Positions 41,226 to 51,388 of a stretch of 64,000 bases of DNA are shown one piece after another (the first letter of the stretch is position 1; every line of letters starts with the position of its first letter). The position numbers and the translations under genes were made by a program. The notes beneath the pieces were generated by a model. It was not told the origin of the DNA and did no database searches. It saw only the letters and a list, made by a program, of their open reading frames with translations. The stretch is from an uncultured delta proteobacterium (GTDB lineage Bacteria > Myxococcota_A > Polyangia > Haliangiales > Haliangiaceae): NCBI GenBank assembly GCA_963743525.1, contig CAVUQH010000003.1:800001-864000 (forward strand), given 5' to 3'.

Positions 41226-41933
41226 GTGGAAGAGCGCAGCGCACGAGTCCGGTCGATCACCGAGGTCGCACCGGGCGTCCTCCGCGTCGATCTGGCGGCG
41301 GTCTCCCCGCCCGAGGTGCGCTTCCGCGGCGGCCAGTTCGTGTCGCTGCGCACCGGCCCCGGCTACCACCCGCGACGCAGCTACTCGATCGCCTCGTCGC
41401 CGGCCGACACCTCCGGCTTCTCGCTGCTGGTCAAGACGGTCAGCGCCAGCGCCGCCGGCTACTTCGGCACGCTGGCCGCCGGCGACCAGGTCTGGTTCAA
41501 CGGGCCGATGGGTTTCTTCACCGTGGCCGACCAGCACCCGGGCGACATCGTCATGGCCGCCACCGGCGTCGGTATCTCCGCGGTGCTGTCGCAGATCTAC
41601 GAGCTCCTGGCCCGGCCCGACGACAACCGCGTCCACCTCTTCTGGGGCCTGAACCACGTGCGCGAGCGCTTCGCCACCGACGAGCTCGACGCCCTGGCCG
41701 GCGACCCGCGCTTCTCCTACCAGATCTGGCTGGCCGACGCCGATCCGGCCTGGTCCGGCCCGGTCGGGTTCATCACCGAGCCGGTGGTGGCCAGCGCCGA
41801 CACGCTGACGTTGCCCACCTACTATCTGTGCGGCAACGGGGCCATGGTCGCCGACGTGCGCATCGGCCTGGACGAGCACGGCGTTCCCGCCGAGCGCGTG
41901 CGCACCGAGGTGTTCTACCCGCGCCTGGGCTAG
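41226..41933 (+). CDS. FNR-like FAD/NAD(P)-binding oxidoreductase
   Basis: GQFV, RSYSIAS, GPMG, ATGVGI, YLCG. Confidence 0.88.
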   Translation: MEERSARVRSITEVAPGVLRVDLAAVSPPEVRFRGGQFVSLRTGPGYHPRRSYSIASSPADTSGFSLLVKTVSASAAGYFGTLAAGDQVWFNGPMGFFTVADQHPGDIVMAATGVGISAVLSQIYELLARPDDNRVHLFWGLNHVRERFATDELDALAGDPRFSYQIWLADADPAWSGPVGFITEPVVASADTLTLPTYYLCGNGAMVADVRIGLDEHGVPAERVRTEVFYPRLG

Positions 41934-41971
41934 CGGCGGCCGGCCACCGGCGCCTGTGCTATGCCGTCTGC

Positions 41972-42577
41972 GTGTTCCTGTTCGCCATTCTCGCCGGCCT
42001 GATGATCTTCGGCGGCGCCGCCGTGGTCTACGGCATCGCCGAGGATCGCGGACATCGCCGCACGCTGTGGGCGCTGTTCGCGCTGGTGGCGTCGTCGGCC
42101 GGCTGTTGGACGGCGTGGCTGTGGCTGAGCTACACGGTCGAGAACGGGTCAACGGATCTGGGGCTTTCCGGCGTGTGGTTGTTGTTCGCGCCGCTCGTCG
42201 GCCATGGCGTGGTGCTGGGCCTGATGGGCGTGACTGCGCCGCCGGCCGTCTCTGCCCGCGGTCGTCGCTGGCGCGCCGCCTGGCTGGGCCTGCCCGATCG
42301 CGACGTCGACAACGCTTGTACGCTCGAGCTGGTCGGCGACGACGCCCTGGCCATTCGCCCGCGCGGTCCGGTGCCCGCGGCCGAGGTGCAATTTCGCGAT
42401 CTGATCGAAGCACGCGCCGACGGCGAGTGCGTGCGTCTTCGCTGGCGCGACGCCTCGGGTGAGCGCACCGCCCTTTTGCAGCCGGTTCCCCACCAGCGGG
42501 CGCGCGAACGACGGGTGCGCTTTGCCGAGGCGCTGGCGCGGCGACTCGACCAGCGCCGGCGCCTGGCCCGTATCTAG
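41972..42577 (+). CDS. Hypothetical membrane protein
   Basis: Three hydrophobic helices followed by a soluble domain; start uncertain. Confidence 0.6.
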   Translation: MFLFAILAGLMIFGGAAVVYGIAEDRGHRRTLWALFALVASSAGCWTAWLWLSYTVENGSTDLGLSGVWLLFAPLVGHGVVLGLMGVTAPPAVSARGRRWRAAWLGLPDRDVDNACTLELVGDDALAIRPRGPVPAAEVQFRDLIEARADGECVRLRWRDASGERTALLQPVPHQRARERRVRFAEALARRLDQRRRLARI

Positions 42578-42582
42578 CCCGG

Positions 42583-43689
42583 CTAGGCGACGACCGGCGG
42601 CGGCGCGACGTCGTAGTCGAACCACGCCGACGGGTCGCCATCCCTGCCGTCCATCGCCGCCACGGCGACGTTGTACATCTCGCGCGCAGTGACGTAGTGC
42701 AGCCGCCAGCGGTCGCCGTCGTTGTATTCGCGCGCCAGGGTTTCGTGCATCGCCCGGCCGGCATCGCCCAGCAGCGTGGCCGCATTCTTCTCCGGCGCGC
42801 CGTGGGTGTGAACCTTGACGAACACCCACTCGGGCCGGCCGGCGACGTGAATCTCCTGCCTCACCCAGCTGCGCACGCGCGCCGGGCTGGGTGGGTCGCC
42901 GCCGTCGATCGCCGCGCTCTCGATGCGCGGAGCCAGGCGCCCCGGCCGCCGCGCCAGCGCCAGCGGGCCCTCGATCATCAGCAGGCGGTCGTGCTTGCGC
43001 TCGCCGACGCGCGCCCGCTCGCCCTGCTCGTACGCGCGTCGCTGCGCCAGGTCGCCGGTCGGCCAGTAGATCTGGTTGACGATGTTGGGTTGGCACTCGT
43101 CCGGCGCCGACGGGAAGGTGAAGTCGGCGTAGCAGCCGGTTTCGAACAGCAGCGGAATTTCGTCGTCGACGCCGCACCAGCGGCCGTCGGCGCGGGCGTT
43201 GGCCAGGCACCAGTTACCGTGAATGAAGGCGTAGCGCGCGCGGCCGTCGGCGTCGCGGCTGAAGTGGCCGTGACTGCCGAGCAGCTCGAGGTAGCGCTCG
43301 ATGTCGGCGCGCAGCTTTTCGGACGTGTCGCCGTCGTGGTGCAGGTGCAGCTCGACCTCGCCGTAGCCGGCGCGTGCCAGCCGGGCCAGCCGGTCGAGGA
43401 ACTCGGGCGCGTACTCCTCGCCGGGGAAGAAGAAGCTGTGCCGCGGCGGCCGGCCGTCGCCATCGCGAAACCCGTCGGCCATGGCCGGGTAGCCCTCGTC
43501 CCAGGCGCGCACCCGACCGTCGCCGCGGGCGTGGTCAACCTTGCCCCACAGCGGCTCGTAGTGATCGCACACGGCGAACAACAGGTGACGCAGCCCGCGG
43601 ACGCGCGGTCGCCGTGCCCGCGCCGTCAGGTGACGGGCGTAGCCACCCATCCAGGTGTGCAGATTCTTGCGGCGGAGCCGGGCCAGCAT
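42583..43689 (-). CDS. Polysaccharide-locus protein, possible NodB-like deacetylase/hydrolase fold
   Basis: DHYEP, EVELHLHHD, FIHGNW, YADFTFPS, KVHTHG; His/Asp-rich; context. Confidence 0.55.
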   Translation of the reverse strand: MLARLRRKNLHTWMGGYARHLTARARRPRVRGLRHLLFAVCDHYEPLWGKVDHARGDGRVRAWDEGYPAMADGFRDGDGRPPRHSFFFPGEEYAPEFLDRLARLARAGYGEVELHLHHDGDTSEKLRADIERYLELLGSHGHFSRDADGRARYAFIHGNWCLANARADGRWCGVDDEIPLLFETGCYADFTFPSAPDECQPNIVNQIYWPTGDLAQRRAYEQGERARVGERKHDRLLMIEGPLALARRPGRLAPRIESAAIDGGDPPSPARVRSWVRQEIHVAGRPEWVFVKVHTHGAPEKNAATLLGDAGRAMHETLAREYNDGDRWRLHYVTAREMYNVAVAAMDGRDGDPSAWFDYDVAPPPVVA

Positions 43690-43700
43690 GAACGCGAACT

Positions 43701-44306
43701 CTACCCGACCAGCAGCACGCCGAGAAACCGCTTCTCCGGCATCTCGGCGCGGAATCGCAACAGGTCGCGTTCGCGCGTGTGGTGGGCTCGGCCGACCAGC
43801 ATCACGGCGTCCATGCACGCCGCGGCACTGCCGTGCTCGCCGAGCACGTCGAATCCGGTCAGATCGACCAGCACGTGGTGGAACAGGTCGACGCCGCTGA
43901 CCAGCAGGCGCGCCAGCTGCGGCACCGCTTCGCCCGGGCGCTCGGAGCCGTGCGGCGTGAGCACGGCAAGCGAGCCGTGCAGCCAGCGGGTCGAGTAGAC
44001 CGAATCGCCGTCATTGCCGTCTTCGCCGGCGATCGCCGACAGGCTGGGGTAGCGGACGTTGGCGTCAACGTAGGCCACGGTCGCGCCGGTCAGGTCGCAC
44101 AGGGCGCCGCCGATCTGCAGCGCCAGCGCCGGCACCGCCACGTCGTCGCTGGCCGGGATCAACCCGACGATCTTTTCCCCCGCGGCCACCAGCCGGCGGG
44201 CGATGCGCATGCACTCGGCGCGCACCATCGGGCCGCTCTCGTCGGTCAGGATCTCGATGCCCAGCTCGGCCAGGCGCTGGTCGTCGTCGCTCGTGGTTGG
44301 TGCCAC
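43701..44306 (-). CDS. CpsD/CapB-like BY-pseudokinase (no Walker A)
   Basis: YVDANVRYP (A'), VLVDL (B), C-terminal LGVLL; the P-loop position reads PASDDVAV. Confidence 0.65.
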   Translation of the reverse strand: MAPTTSDDDQRLAELGIEILTDESGPMVRAECMRIARRLVAAGEKIVGLIPASDDVAVPALALQIGGALCDLTGATVAYVDANVRYPSLSAIAGEDGNDGDSVYSTRWLHGSLAVLTPHGSERPGEAVPQLARLLVSGVDLFHHVLVDLTGFDVLGEHGSAAACMDAVMLVGRAHHTRERDLLRFRAEMPEKRFLGVLLVG

Positions 44307-44381
44307 GGAGACAGACTACCGCGGGATCGTCCGCGGCGGCAGTCGCTGGCGCGGCTCCCGAGTTCGGGCTACGTTGAGCCG

Positions 44382-45722
44382 ATGAAGCCCGGTTTGGCGC
44401 TCTCGGTCCTCGTGCTCGCGGCTGCAACCGTCGTCACCGCGCCGACGGCCCGCGCCGACGACAGCCTGGCCACCCGGCTGAGCGCCGCCGGCGGCTGGAC
44501 CGACAACGTCCTCAGCGCGCCCAACGAGCAGGGCCCGACCGACCCGCCCATCGAGTCGGACATGTTCAGCCAGCTCAGCCCCGGGGTGCTGTTCACCAGC
44601 GAGTCGCGGCGGATGATCCAGGTGGCCTCCTACACCTTCACCGCCAACCTGTTCGTCACCCACTCCGAGGCCAACTCCTACTCCAACGAGCTGGCGTGGA
44701 ACAGCATCTACTCGCTGTCGGAGGTGTCCGAGCTGGGCATGTCGGCGGGCGCCGCCAACGGTCGGATCAACACCTTCAACACTCTGGGCGCGGCCAGCGA
44801 CACCGGCCTCGACCAGCTGCCCAACGGCGGCGTCAGCTTCGTCTCGGCCAACGTCGGTCAATTCTATCGGCGCGAGCTGACCCGCGCCTGGCGCGCGCAG
44901 CAGCGCTCGGCCGTGCGCGTGTTCAAGCCGATTGGCGACAACGTGACCGTCGGCACCAACCTGTACTGGAACAACACCGCCGGCGTCGAGCACTCCTGGC
45001 AGTACGACTCCCTCGGGCTCGACATGCGCGCGGACTACACCCGCTTCGGCACCGTCGGCGGGGGCGAGTCGAACAAGCAGATCACGGTCGGTCCGTCGCT
45101 GCGCTACCTGCACGACTTCACCGACACGCTGTCCAGCGAGCTCAGCGGCGGCGCCGTGCTGGTGGTCCAGGCCGACGCCTTCAGCCAGCGGATCGCCCAG
45201 CCGGTGGCGACCGCTGCGCTGCGCTACATCCGCGGCGGTGGCCGCGCCGAGGTGGTCTACAGCCACTCGGTGGTGCCCAACCTGTTCGTCGCTCAGACCT
45301 CGGCCAACGACGAGGTGTCGCTGCGCGCCGGGCTGCCGGTGCCGTTCGTCTCGCGCGCTGCGATCACCGGCTCGGTCGGCTACCAGCGCGGGCGCATCGT
45401 CAACACGCAGATGGGCGACCTGGTCGGCTCGACCAAGCTGTTCCTCGCCGACGTCGCCGCATCGTGGAGCCCCAACGAGTCGCTGGCGGTGTCGCTGCGC
45501 TACACCCGCTTCGACCAGCTGCGCTCGCAGGTGGTCACCGACACGTCGCGCAGCTACGCGCGCAACCAGGTGCTGCTGTCGCTGTCCGGGCGCTATCCCA
45601 CCCGCGACGCGGCGACCGTCCCCAGCCGCCTCGACGCCCGAGTCAACGGCTCGAACGAGCAGAACCTGGGCGCCACCGATCCGTCCGATCACACCGACGC
45701 CGACGCCGACGCGCGGCGATGA
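44382..45722 (+). CDS. Outer-membrane beta-barrel, candidate polysaccharide export pore
   Basis: Signal peptide, GWTDNV start, many amphipathic beta strands, RNQVLLSLSGRY terminal strand; location in the EPS locus. Confidence 0.65.
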   Translation: MKPGLALSVLVLAAATVVTAPTARADDSLATRLSAAGGWTDNVLSAPNEQGPTDPPIESDMFSQLSPGVLFTSESRRMIQVASYTFTANLFVTHSEANSYSNELAWNSIYSLSEVSELGMSAGAANGRINTFNTLGAASDTGLDQLPNGGVSFVSANVGQFYRRELTRAWRAQQRSAVRVFKPIGDNVTVGTNLYWNNTAGVEHSWQYDSLGLDMRADYTRFGTVGGGESNKQITVGPSLRYLHDFTDTLSSELSGGAVLVVQADAFSQRIAQPVATAALRYIRGGGRAEVVYSHSVVPNLFVAQTSANDEVSLRAGLPVPFVSRAAITGSVGYQRGRIVNTQMGDLVGSTKLFLADVAASWSPNESLAVSLRYTRFDQLRSQVVTDTSRSYARNQVLLSLSGRYPTRDAATVPSRLDARVNGSNEQNLGATDPSDHTDADADARR

Positions 45723-45814
45723 TCACGACCTGCGCGGATCGAACAGCGCTATAATGGTTCGTTCGGTCTCGGACCGGGCGACGTGTGCGTCTGTCACGCA
45801 CACCAGGAGGTTCC

Positions 45815-47323
45815 ATGCGCTGGCTGTCCGTCGTCTCCGCCGTCCGCCCCCTGCTGATCGGTACCGCTCTACTCGTCTCTGCGTGCGGGCCCAGCAGCTC
45901 GGGCGCCGTGGCCTGTGATCCCGCGTGCGCGCCGGGGCTGTCGTGCGTCAACGGCGTCTGCACCACCGACACCGGGCCGTGCAACCCGGGCGACACCGAG
46001 TCCTGCTACACCGGCGCGACCGGCACCGCCGGCGTCGGCGTCTGCCAGGCCGGCACGCACACCTGCTCGGCCAGCGGCGTGTGGGGCAACTGCGACGGAC
46101 AAATCCTCCCCGGCGCCGAGGTCTGCGGCAACGGCGCCGACGACAACTGCAACGGCAGCGTCGACGAGGATGTCAACGTCGATGGCGACGGCTTCACCAC
46201 CTGCGGCGGCGACTGCTGCGATTCGACCGCCGAGTGCCAGAACCCGGCGGCGGTCAACCCCGGCGCCTTCGAGGTGGCCGGCAACCAGGTCAACGACGAC
46301 TGCGACGGCACGGTGGACAACGCCACTGCGGCCAACTGCGACAGCGGCCTGACCTCCAACTCCAGCGATCCGATGGACTACGCCAGGGCGATGGAGCTGT
46401 GCCAGATGGCGACCGGCAACCGCTGGGGCGTGGTCAGCGCGCAGCTGGTCCTGCCGTCGGGCAGCGGCTCGCCCAATGCCGACCAGCGCTCCATCCGGCC
46501 CAACTTCGGCGGCACCGCGGTGGAGAGCGGCGACTCGTTCGTGGTTCTGTCCACCGGTCACGCCGCGTCGACCGGCCAGGTCAATCCGTCGTTCGCCGCC
46601 TTCCAGGGCGGTCAGGATCTGGGTGGCTCGAGCGCGATGCCGTCCGACTGGCTGGCCGCCAACGGCGGCAGCCTGCCCAACGCTCCCGGCTGCCCGGCGC
46701 CCAACGGCGGCACCACCGCCCACGACCCGGTCATGCTCGAGCTGAAGATCCGCGTGCCGACCAACGCCAAGTCGTTCCGCATGTCGACCAACTTCTTCAG
46801 CGCCGAGTACCCCGAGTGGGTGTGCAGTGCGTTCAACGACTTCTTCGTGGTGCTGCTCGACTCGACCTGGAACGGCAACCCGGCCAACCCGGCGGACAAG
46901 AACCTGGCGGTCTACACCTCGCCGACGATGCAGCAGTATCCGGTGGGCGTGAACCTGGCCTACGGCAACACCGGCCTGTTCACCGTTTGCGAGAACGGCG
47001 ACACCGGCTGCGCGACCACCTCGGGTGCCGTGCCCGGAACGATCAGCACCTGCGTGTCGACTGCCGAGCTGATCGGCACCGGTATGGACACCGCCAACCC
47101 GGCGCCGCAGTTCGGCAACGACCCGGGCTACTGTGGAGCCAACAACCTGGCCGGTGGCGGCACCGGTTGGCTGGTGACCCAGGGCAACGTCGTCGGCGGC
47201 GAAGAGATCACGCTGCGCATCGCGCTGTGGGACACCAGCGACGGCTGGTACGACTCGGTGGCGTTGATCGACAACTTCCAGTGGTCGCTCGACGCCTCGG
47301 ATCCGGGTACCGTGGTCAACTGA
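45815..47323 (+). CDS. Cys-rich lipoprotein with EVC..DDNCNG.VDE repeats and choice-of-anchor-L-like domain
   Basis: VSAC lipobox; EVCGNGADDNCNGSVDE; FSAEYPEWVCSAFNDFF; DSVALIDNF. Confidence 0.78.
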   Translation: MRWLSVVSAVRPLLIGTALLVSACGPSSSGAVACDPACAPGLSCVNGVCTTDTGPCNPGDTESCYTGATGTAGVGVCQAGTHTCSASGVWGNCDGQILPGAEVCGNGADDNCNGSVDEDVNVDGDGFTTCGGDCCDSTAECQNPAAVNPGAFEVAGNQVNDDCDGTVDNATAANCDSGLTSNSSDPMDYARAMELCQMATGNRWGVVSAQLVLPSGSGSPNADQRSIRPNFGGTAVESGDSFVVLSTGHAASTGQVNPSFAAFQGGQDLGGSSAMPSDWLAANGGSLPNAPGCPAPNGGTTAHDPVMLELKIRVPTNAKSFRMSTNFFSAEYPEWVCSAFNDFFVVLLDSTWNGNPANPADKNLAVYTSPTMQQYPVGVNLAYGNTGLFTVCENGDTGCATTSGAVPGTISTCVSTAELIGTGMDTANPAPQFGNDPGYCGANNLAGGGTGWLVTQGNVVGGEEITLRIALWDTSDGWYDSVALIDNFQWSLDASDPGTVVN

Positions 47324-47470
47324 GGCCGGCGCGGGCCGGCCGCGATGGCTGCCGACGACTGTGCGCACTGTAACCTCGAAGCTCACGATCGTCGCCGGCA
47401 GCAACCGCACAAGAACCAGAGATCATTGGGCCACGGCCCGCGGCACGAGCCGTGCACGAAGCCGGGCGTC

Positions 47471-49603
47471 ATGTCCAGCCAACGCTTCGCTCACGGATGG
47501 GCCCTGGGTCTGCTCGCGCTCCTGATCGTCCCGGCATGCCACAGCGACGCATCGTCAGAAGGCGTCGACGGCGGTGGCGGTGGCGGCGGCGATGGTGATG
47601 CCGCGCCGCCCGCCTGCCCCGACGGCCCGTCGGTGTCCGGCTCGATCGCCTTCGACGGCACCGCCGCACAGGTGAGCATGGGCGTTGCGCCCGACCTGGG
47701 GCTGGCGACCTTCACCGTCGAGGCCTGGGTGCGCCGCGACGGTCCCGGCAAGACCGCGGGCACCGGCACCGGCGGGCTCAAGCTGGTGCCGATCGCCGGC
47801 AAGGGGCGCGGCGAGGGCGACGGCAGCAACGTCAACTGCAACTACGCCTTCGGCTTCTGGGGCGACGTGCTCGGCGCCGACTTCGAGGACATGGCCACCG
47901 GCGGCAACCACCCGATCACCGGCAAGACCGCCGTCCCACCGGGCGAGTGGCACCACGTCGCCGCCACCTACGACGGCACGACCTGGCGGCTCTACCTCGA
48001 CGGCCGCCTCGATGCCAAGCGCCAGGTCAACGCCACGCCGCGCCGCGACAGCATCCAGTATTTCGGCGTCGGCACCACCTACAACTCCAAGGGCGTGGCC
48101 GCCGGCTTCCTCGACGGCGCCGTCGACGAGCTGCGCGTGTGGAACCACGCCCGCACCCGGGCCGAGATCGCCGGCTCGATGTACCAGACCCTGACCTCGG
48201 GCGACGGCCTGGTCGGACGCTGGTCGTTCGACGCCGGCGACGGCGCCACCGATACCCTGGGCGCCGACGACGGCACCATCGACGGCGCTCAGCTGATCGA
48301 CGACGGCGCCGTGCTCGACCACGGCGCGCCGCCCAAGGCGACGGCGCCGCTACCGGACGACGGCGCCATGGTCGCGGCCGGCGACGTGGATCTCGACGTC
48401 GCGGTCGCCGACCCCGAGGACGACCCGATGATGGTCACCTTTCACGTCCGCGAGCTGGGCGCTGGCGACGACTTCACCATCGTGGTCCTGCCCGACACGC
48501 AGGTCTACACGATCCAGGGCAAAGGCTTCGAGCACTTCTACTACGACCAGACCCGGTGGGTTCGCAACCACCGCAAGGACTACAACATCGTCGCGGTCAT
48601 TCACAACGGCGACATCGTCAACAACGGCGACAGCAAGCCGTACCAGTGGACCGTCGCCGACAAGGCGATGAGCAAGCTGGAGACCCCCGAGGACGATCTT
48701 CCCGACGGCGTGCCGTACGGGTTGTCGGTGGGCAATCACGACCAGACGCCCAACGGCACGCCGGACAACACCCTGTCGTTCAACAAGTACTTCGGCGTCG
48801 ACCGCTTCGCCGGGCGCGCCTACTACGGCGGCCACTACAAGAAGGACAACGACGAGAACTGGGTCACCTTCTCGGCCGGTGGCCTCGACTTCGTACTGGT
48901 GAGCCTGCAGTACAACCTCGATCCCGACCCGGCGGTTCAGGCGTGGGCGCGGTCGATCTTCGACATGTACCCGCGGTCGTTCGGCATCCTCAACAGCCAC
49001 TACATCCTGACCCACACCGGAACCTTCGGGGTTCAGGGCAAGGCCATCTACAACGCTCTGCGCGACGCCGAGAATGTGCAGCTGATGACCTGCGGCCACA
49101 TCGGCGCCGAGGCCCGGCGCACCGACGTGTACAAGGGCCACGCGATTCACTCGATGCTGGCCGACTACCAGTTCGAGACCGGCGGCGGCTCGGCCAAGAT
49201 GCGCATCTGGGAGTTCTCGCCCAAGGCCAACGAGCTGACCGTGCGCACCTACTCGCCGTCGCTCGACAAGTGGTACACGGGCAAGAACAGCGAGTTCACC
49301 CTGCCGGTCGATCTGTCCGGCGCGGGCGGCTCGTTCGACGACACGCCGACGGTGACGCCGACCGGAGGTCACGCGGTCACGACGCTGAGCGGGCTGGAAG
49401 CGGGCAAGACCTACGAGTGGTACGCCACGGTCGAGGACTGCAGCCACGCCACGCAGACGCCGGTGCAGCGCTTCACCACCGTGTCGTCAGCTGCCAGCAA
49501 TCGCCAGCGCGCGGAGAAGGAACCAACACCCGCCGAGCGAGCCCAGGAGATACGCAATCCCCCGCCGAGCCTGGCGGGCACCGCCGTCCCGATGGAGGAC
49601 TAG
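47471..49603 (+). CDS. Lipoprotein with LamG-like domain and calcineurin-like metallophosphoesterase
   Basis: FTVEAWV, WHHVAATYDG, DELRVWN; PDTQ, HNGDIV, GNHD, SH, CGH. Confidence 0.85.
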   Translation: MSSQRFAHGWALGLLALLIVPACHSDASSEGVDGGGGGGGDGDAAPPACPDGPSVSGSIAFDGTAAQVSMGVAPDLGLATFTVEAWVRRDGPGKTAGTGTGGLKLVPIAGKGRGEGDGSNVNCNYAFGFWGDVLGADFEDMATGGNHPITGKTAVPPGEWHHVAATYDGTTWRLYLDGRLDAKRQVNATPRRDSIQYFGVGTTYNSKGVAAGFLDGAVDELRVWNHARTRAEIAGSMYQTLTSGDGLVGRWSFDAGDGATDTLGADDGTIDGAQLIDDGAVLDHGAPPKATAPLPDDGAMVAAGDVDLDVAVADPEDDPMMVTFHVRELGAGDDFTIVVLPDTQVYTIQGKGFEHFYYDQTRWVRNHRKDYNIVAVIHNGDIVNNGDSKPYQWTVADKAMSKLETPEDDLPDGVPYGLSVGNHDQTPNGTPDNTLSFNKYFGVDRFAGRAYYGGHYKKDNDENWVTFSAGGLDFVLVSLQYNLDPDPAVQAWARSIFDMYPRSFGILNSHYILTHTGTFGVQGKAIYNALRDAENVQLMTCGHIGAEARRTDVYKGHAIHSMLADYQFETGGGSAKMRIWEFSPKANELTVRTYSPSLDKWYTGKNSEFTLPVDLSGAGGSFDDTPTVTPTGGHAVTTLSGLEAGKTYEWYATVEDCSHATQTPVQRFTTVSSAASNRQRAEKEPTPAERAQEIRNPPPSLAGTAVPMED

Positions 49604-50446
49604 CAGCGCGGCGCGGGCGACCAGCACCGCGGCCGCCACCACGATCAGCTGGCCGAGCTCGACGCCGAGGTTGAACCACAGCAGGCTGGGGGCGATCGCG
49701 TCGTCGGGCAGGCCCAGCCGGGTGAGCGCGCCGGCGAAGCCGAGGCCGTGGACCAGGCCGAACAGCCCGGCGACCAGCCACGGCCAGCGGCGGATGGCGG
49801 TCGGGCGGTGGTCCAGGGACTCGCGCGCGACCAGCACCACGCTGGCGGCGATCATCGCCTCGACCGGCGCTGACGGCAGGCGCAAGACCCCGGTGGCGGC
49901 CAACGCCAGGGTCAGCGAGTGGGCCACGGTGAAAGCCGAGATGGTGAACAGCAGGCGCCGGTCAACGGCGATGCCGAGCACCAGCAGCAGGCCGAGCAGG
50001 AACGCCAGGTGGTCGTAGCCGGTCAGGATGTGGTCGACGCCGAGGAGCAGCCACGAGCGCGAGGGGTGTGCCGCGGCGCTGCCCAGGTCGACGCGTGGAT
50101 CGGCGCCGGTGACCAGCCGCTCGTCGGAGTGGCCGGACAGGTGGCGAATCACGACCACCACTTTCATACGCCGGGCGTGCATGCCGGTGAAACTGACGAC
50201 CCCGGCCAGATCGCCCGGGCGACAGTCCACGCGGGCGCCGTCAACCCGGCAACCGGTGGGGAAGGCGACGTGAACTCCGGCCTGGGATCCGGTGCTATCG
50301 ACCGGCTCGGTCCAGGCCATGTCGTAGGCGCCGGGAGAGGTTTCCGTCAGCGACAACACCCCCGGGTTGAAGTCATGGGCGCGGGCGAGGCGCGGGGCAG
50401 CCAGTACGACCAGGCAGGCAGCGGTGGTCAGCGCGCGGCGGATCAT
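49487..50446 (-). CDS. HupE/UreJ-family membrane protein
   Basis: AHD after the signal peptide, GVDHILTGYDHLAF, AFTVAHSLTL, GLVHGLGFA, FNLGVELGQ. Confidence 0.9.
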   Translation of the reverse strand: MIRRALTTAACLVVLAAPRLARAHDFNPGVLSLTETSPGAYDMAWTEPVDSTGSQAGVHVAFPTGCRVDGARVDCRPGDLAGVVSFTGMHARRMKVVVVIRHLSGHSDERLVTGADPRVDLGSAAAHPSRSWLLLGVDHILTGYDHLAFLLGLLLVLGIAVDRRLLFTISAFTVAHSLTLALAATGVLRLPSAPVEAMIAASVVLVARESLDHRPTAIRRWPWLVAGLFGLVHGLGFAGALTRLGLPDDAIAPSLLWFNLGVELGQLIVVAAAVLVARAALLVLHRDGGARQARRGIAYLLGSLGGCWFLLRALAIAGS

Positions 50447-51315
50447 CGCGTTACCGTCCAGCCGCTGCGCAGGCGTGCGACCTCGGCGTCAACTGCACGC
50501 GCGCGGCGATCGTCGCGCCACTCCTTGCGCACGTCGAGGCGCACGGTGGCGAAGTCAACCGCGTGTGCAGCGCTGTGCCGATCGACGCGCACCAGGTGCA
50601 GGCCGAAGCGCGAGCGCCGCAGCGCCCAGCTGCCGGGCGGCTGGCTGTCGAGCCCGTCGACGAACTCGGCGCCAAAGGTCCTGGCCAGGTCGGCCGGCTT
50701 GCGCCCGCGGTAGCGGCGGCCGCCGGAGAAGCTGTCGCCCAGCCCGCCCGGATCGGCGCCGGCCGACAGCTGCGCGAGCAGCCCGGAGGCACGCTGTTCG
50801 GCGGCGGCGTCGCGGCCGTCGACGAACACCTGGGTGAAGTCGATCCGCTCCGGCTCGCCCCAGTGCGACGGGTGTGCGGCGAACCAGGCGTGCAGCTCGG
50901 CGTCGCCGGGCTCGGGCACGATCACCTGCCGACGCAGGACGAAGGCCATCTTGTCGGCGACGCGACTGCGCACCGATGGGTCGTCGCGATCGAGGCCGCG
51001 TGCCAGACCCTCGCGGTAGAGGATCTCGTCGTTCACCCATCGGTCGACGGCGCCAGCGAGCTCGTCGTCGGTCGGCGCCCGGCCCTGGGCGCGGGTGAAG
51101 CTGTCGCGCAGCTGGCCGCGGATGTCATCGTCGACCACGATGGTGCGCGCCGCCGCGGGCTGCTGCGCGGGCAAGACCGCCGCATGCGCCGGGAGTGTGG
51201 GCGGGGTCGCCGAGCTCGCCGGGTGTCGCCAGCGGTACAGCGCCATCAGCGCCGCACCCACGAGCAGGAAGTGGAGCAGCGGCTCGCCGAGCAGCGCGCG
51301 CAGCCTGGACGCCAT
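50443..51315 (-). CDS. PpiC/rotamase-like protein
   Basis: EPLLHFLL, EILYREGLARGLDRDD, FGAEF, SRFGLHLV. Confidence 0.8.
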   Translation of the reverse strand: MASRLRALLGEPLLHFLLVGAALMALYRWRHPASSATPPTLPAHAAVLPAQQPAAARTIVVDDDIRGQLRDSFTRAQGRAPTDDELAGAVDRWVNDEILYREGLARGLDRDDPSVRSRVADKMAFVLRRQVIVPEPGDAELHAWFAAHPSHWGEPERIDFTQVFVDGRDAAAEQRASGLLAQLSAGADPGGLGDSFSGGRRYRGRKPADLARTFGAEFVDGLDSQPPGSWALRRSRFGLHLVRVDRHSAAHAVDFATVRLDVRKEWRDDRRARAVDAEVARLRSGWTVTR

Positions 51316-51388
51316 CGCGCCAGTATAAGAGAGCCATGCGCCGCGCGTCTGCGGACAGCGGTGTGCACACCGTGTCGCGTCCGAGGTG

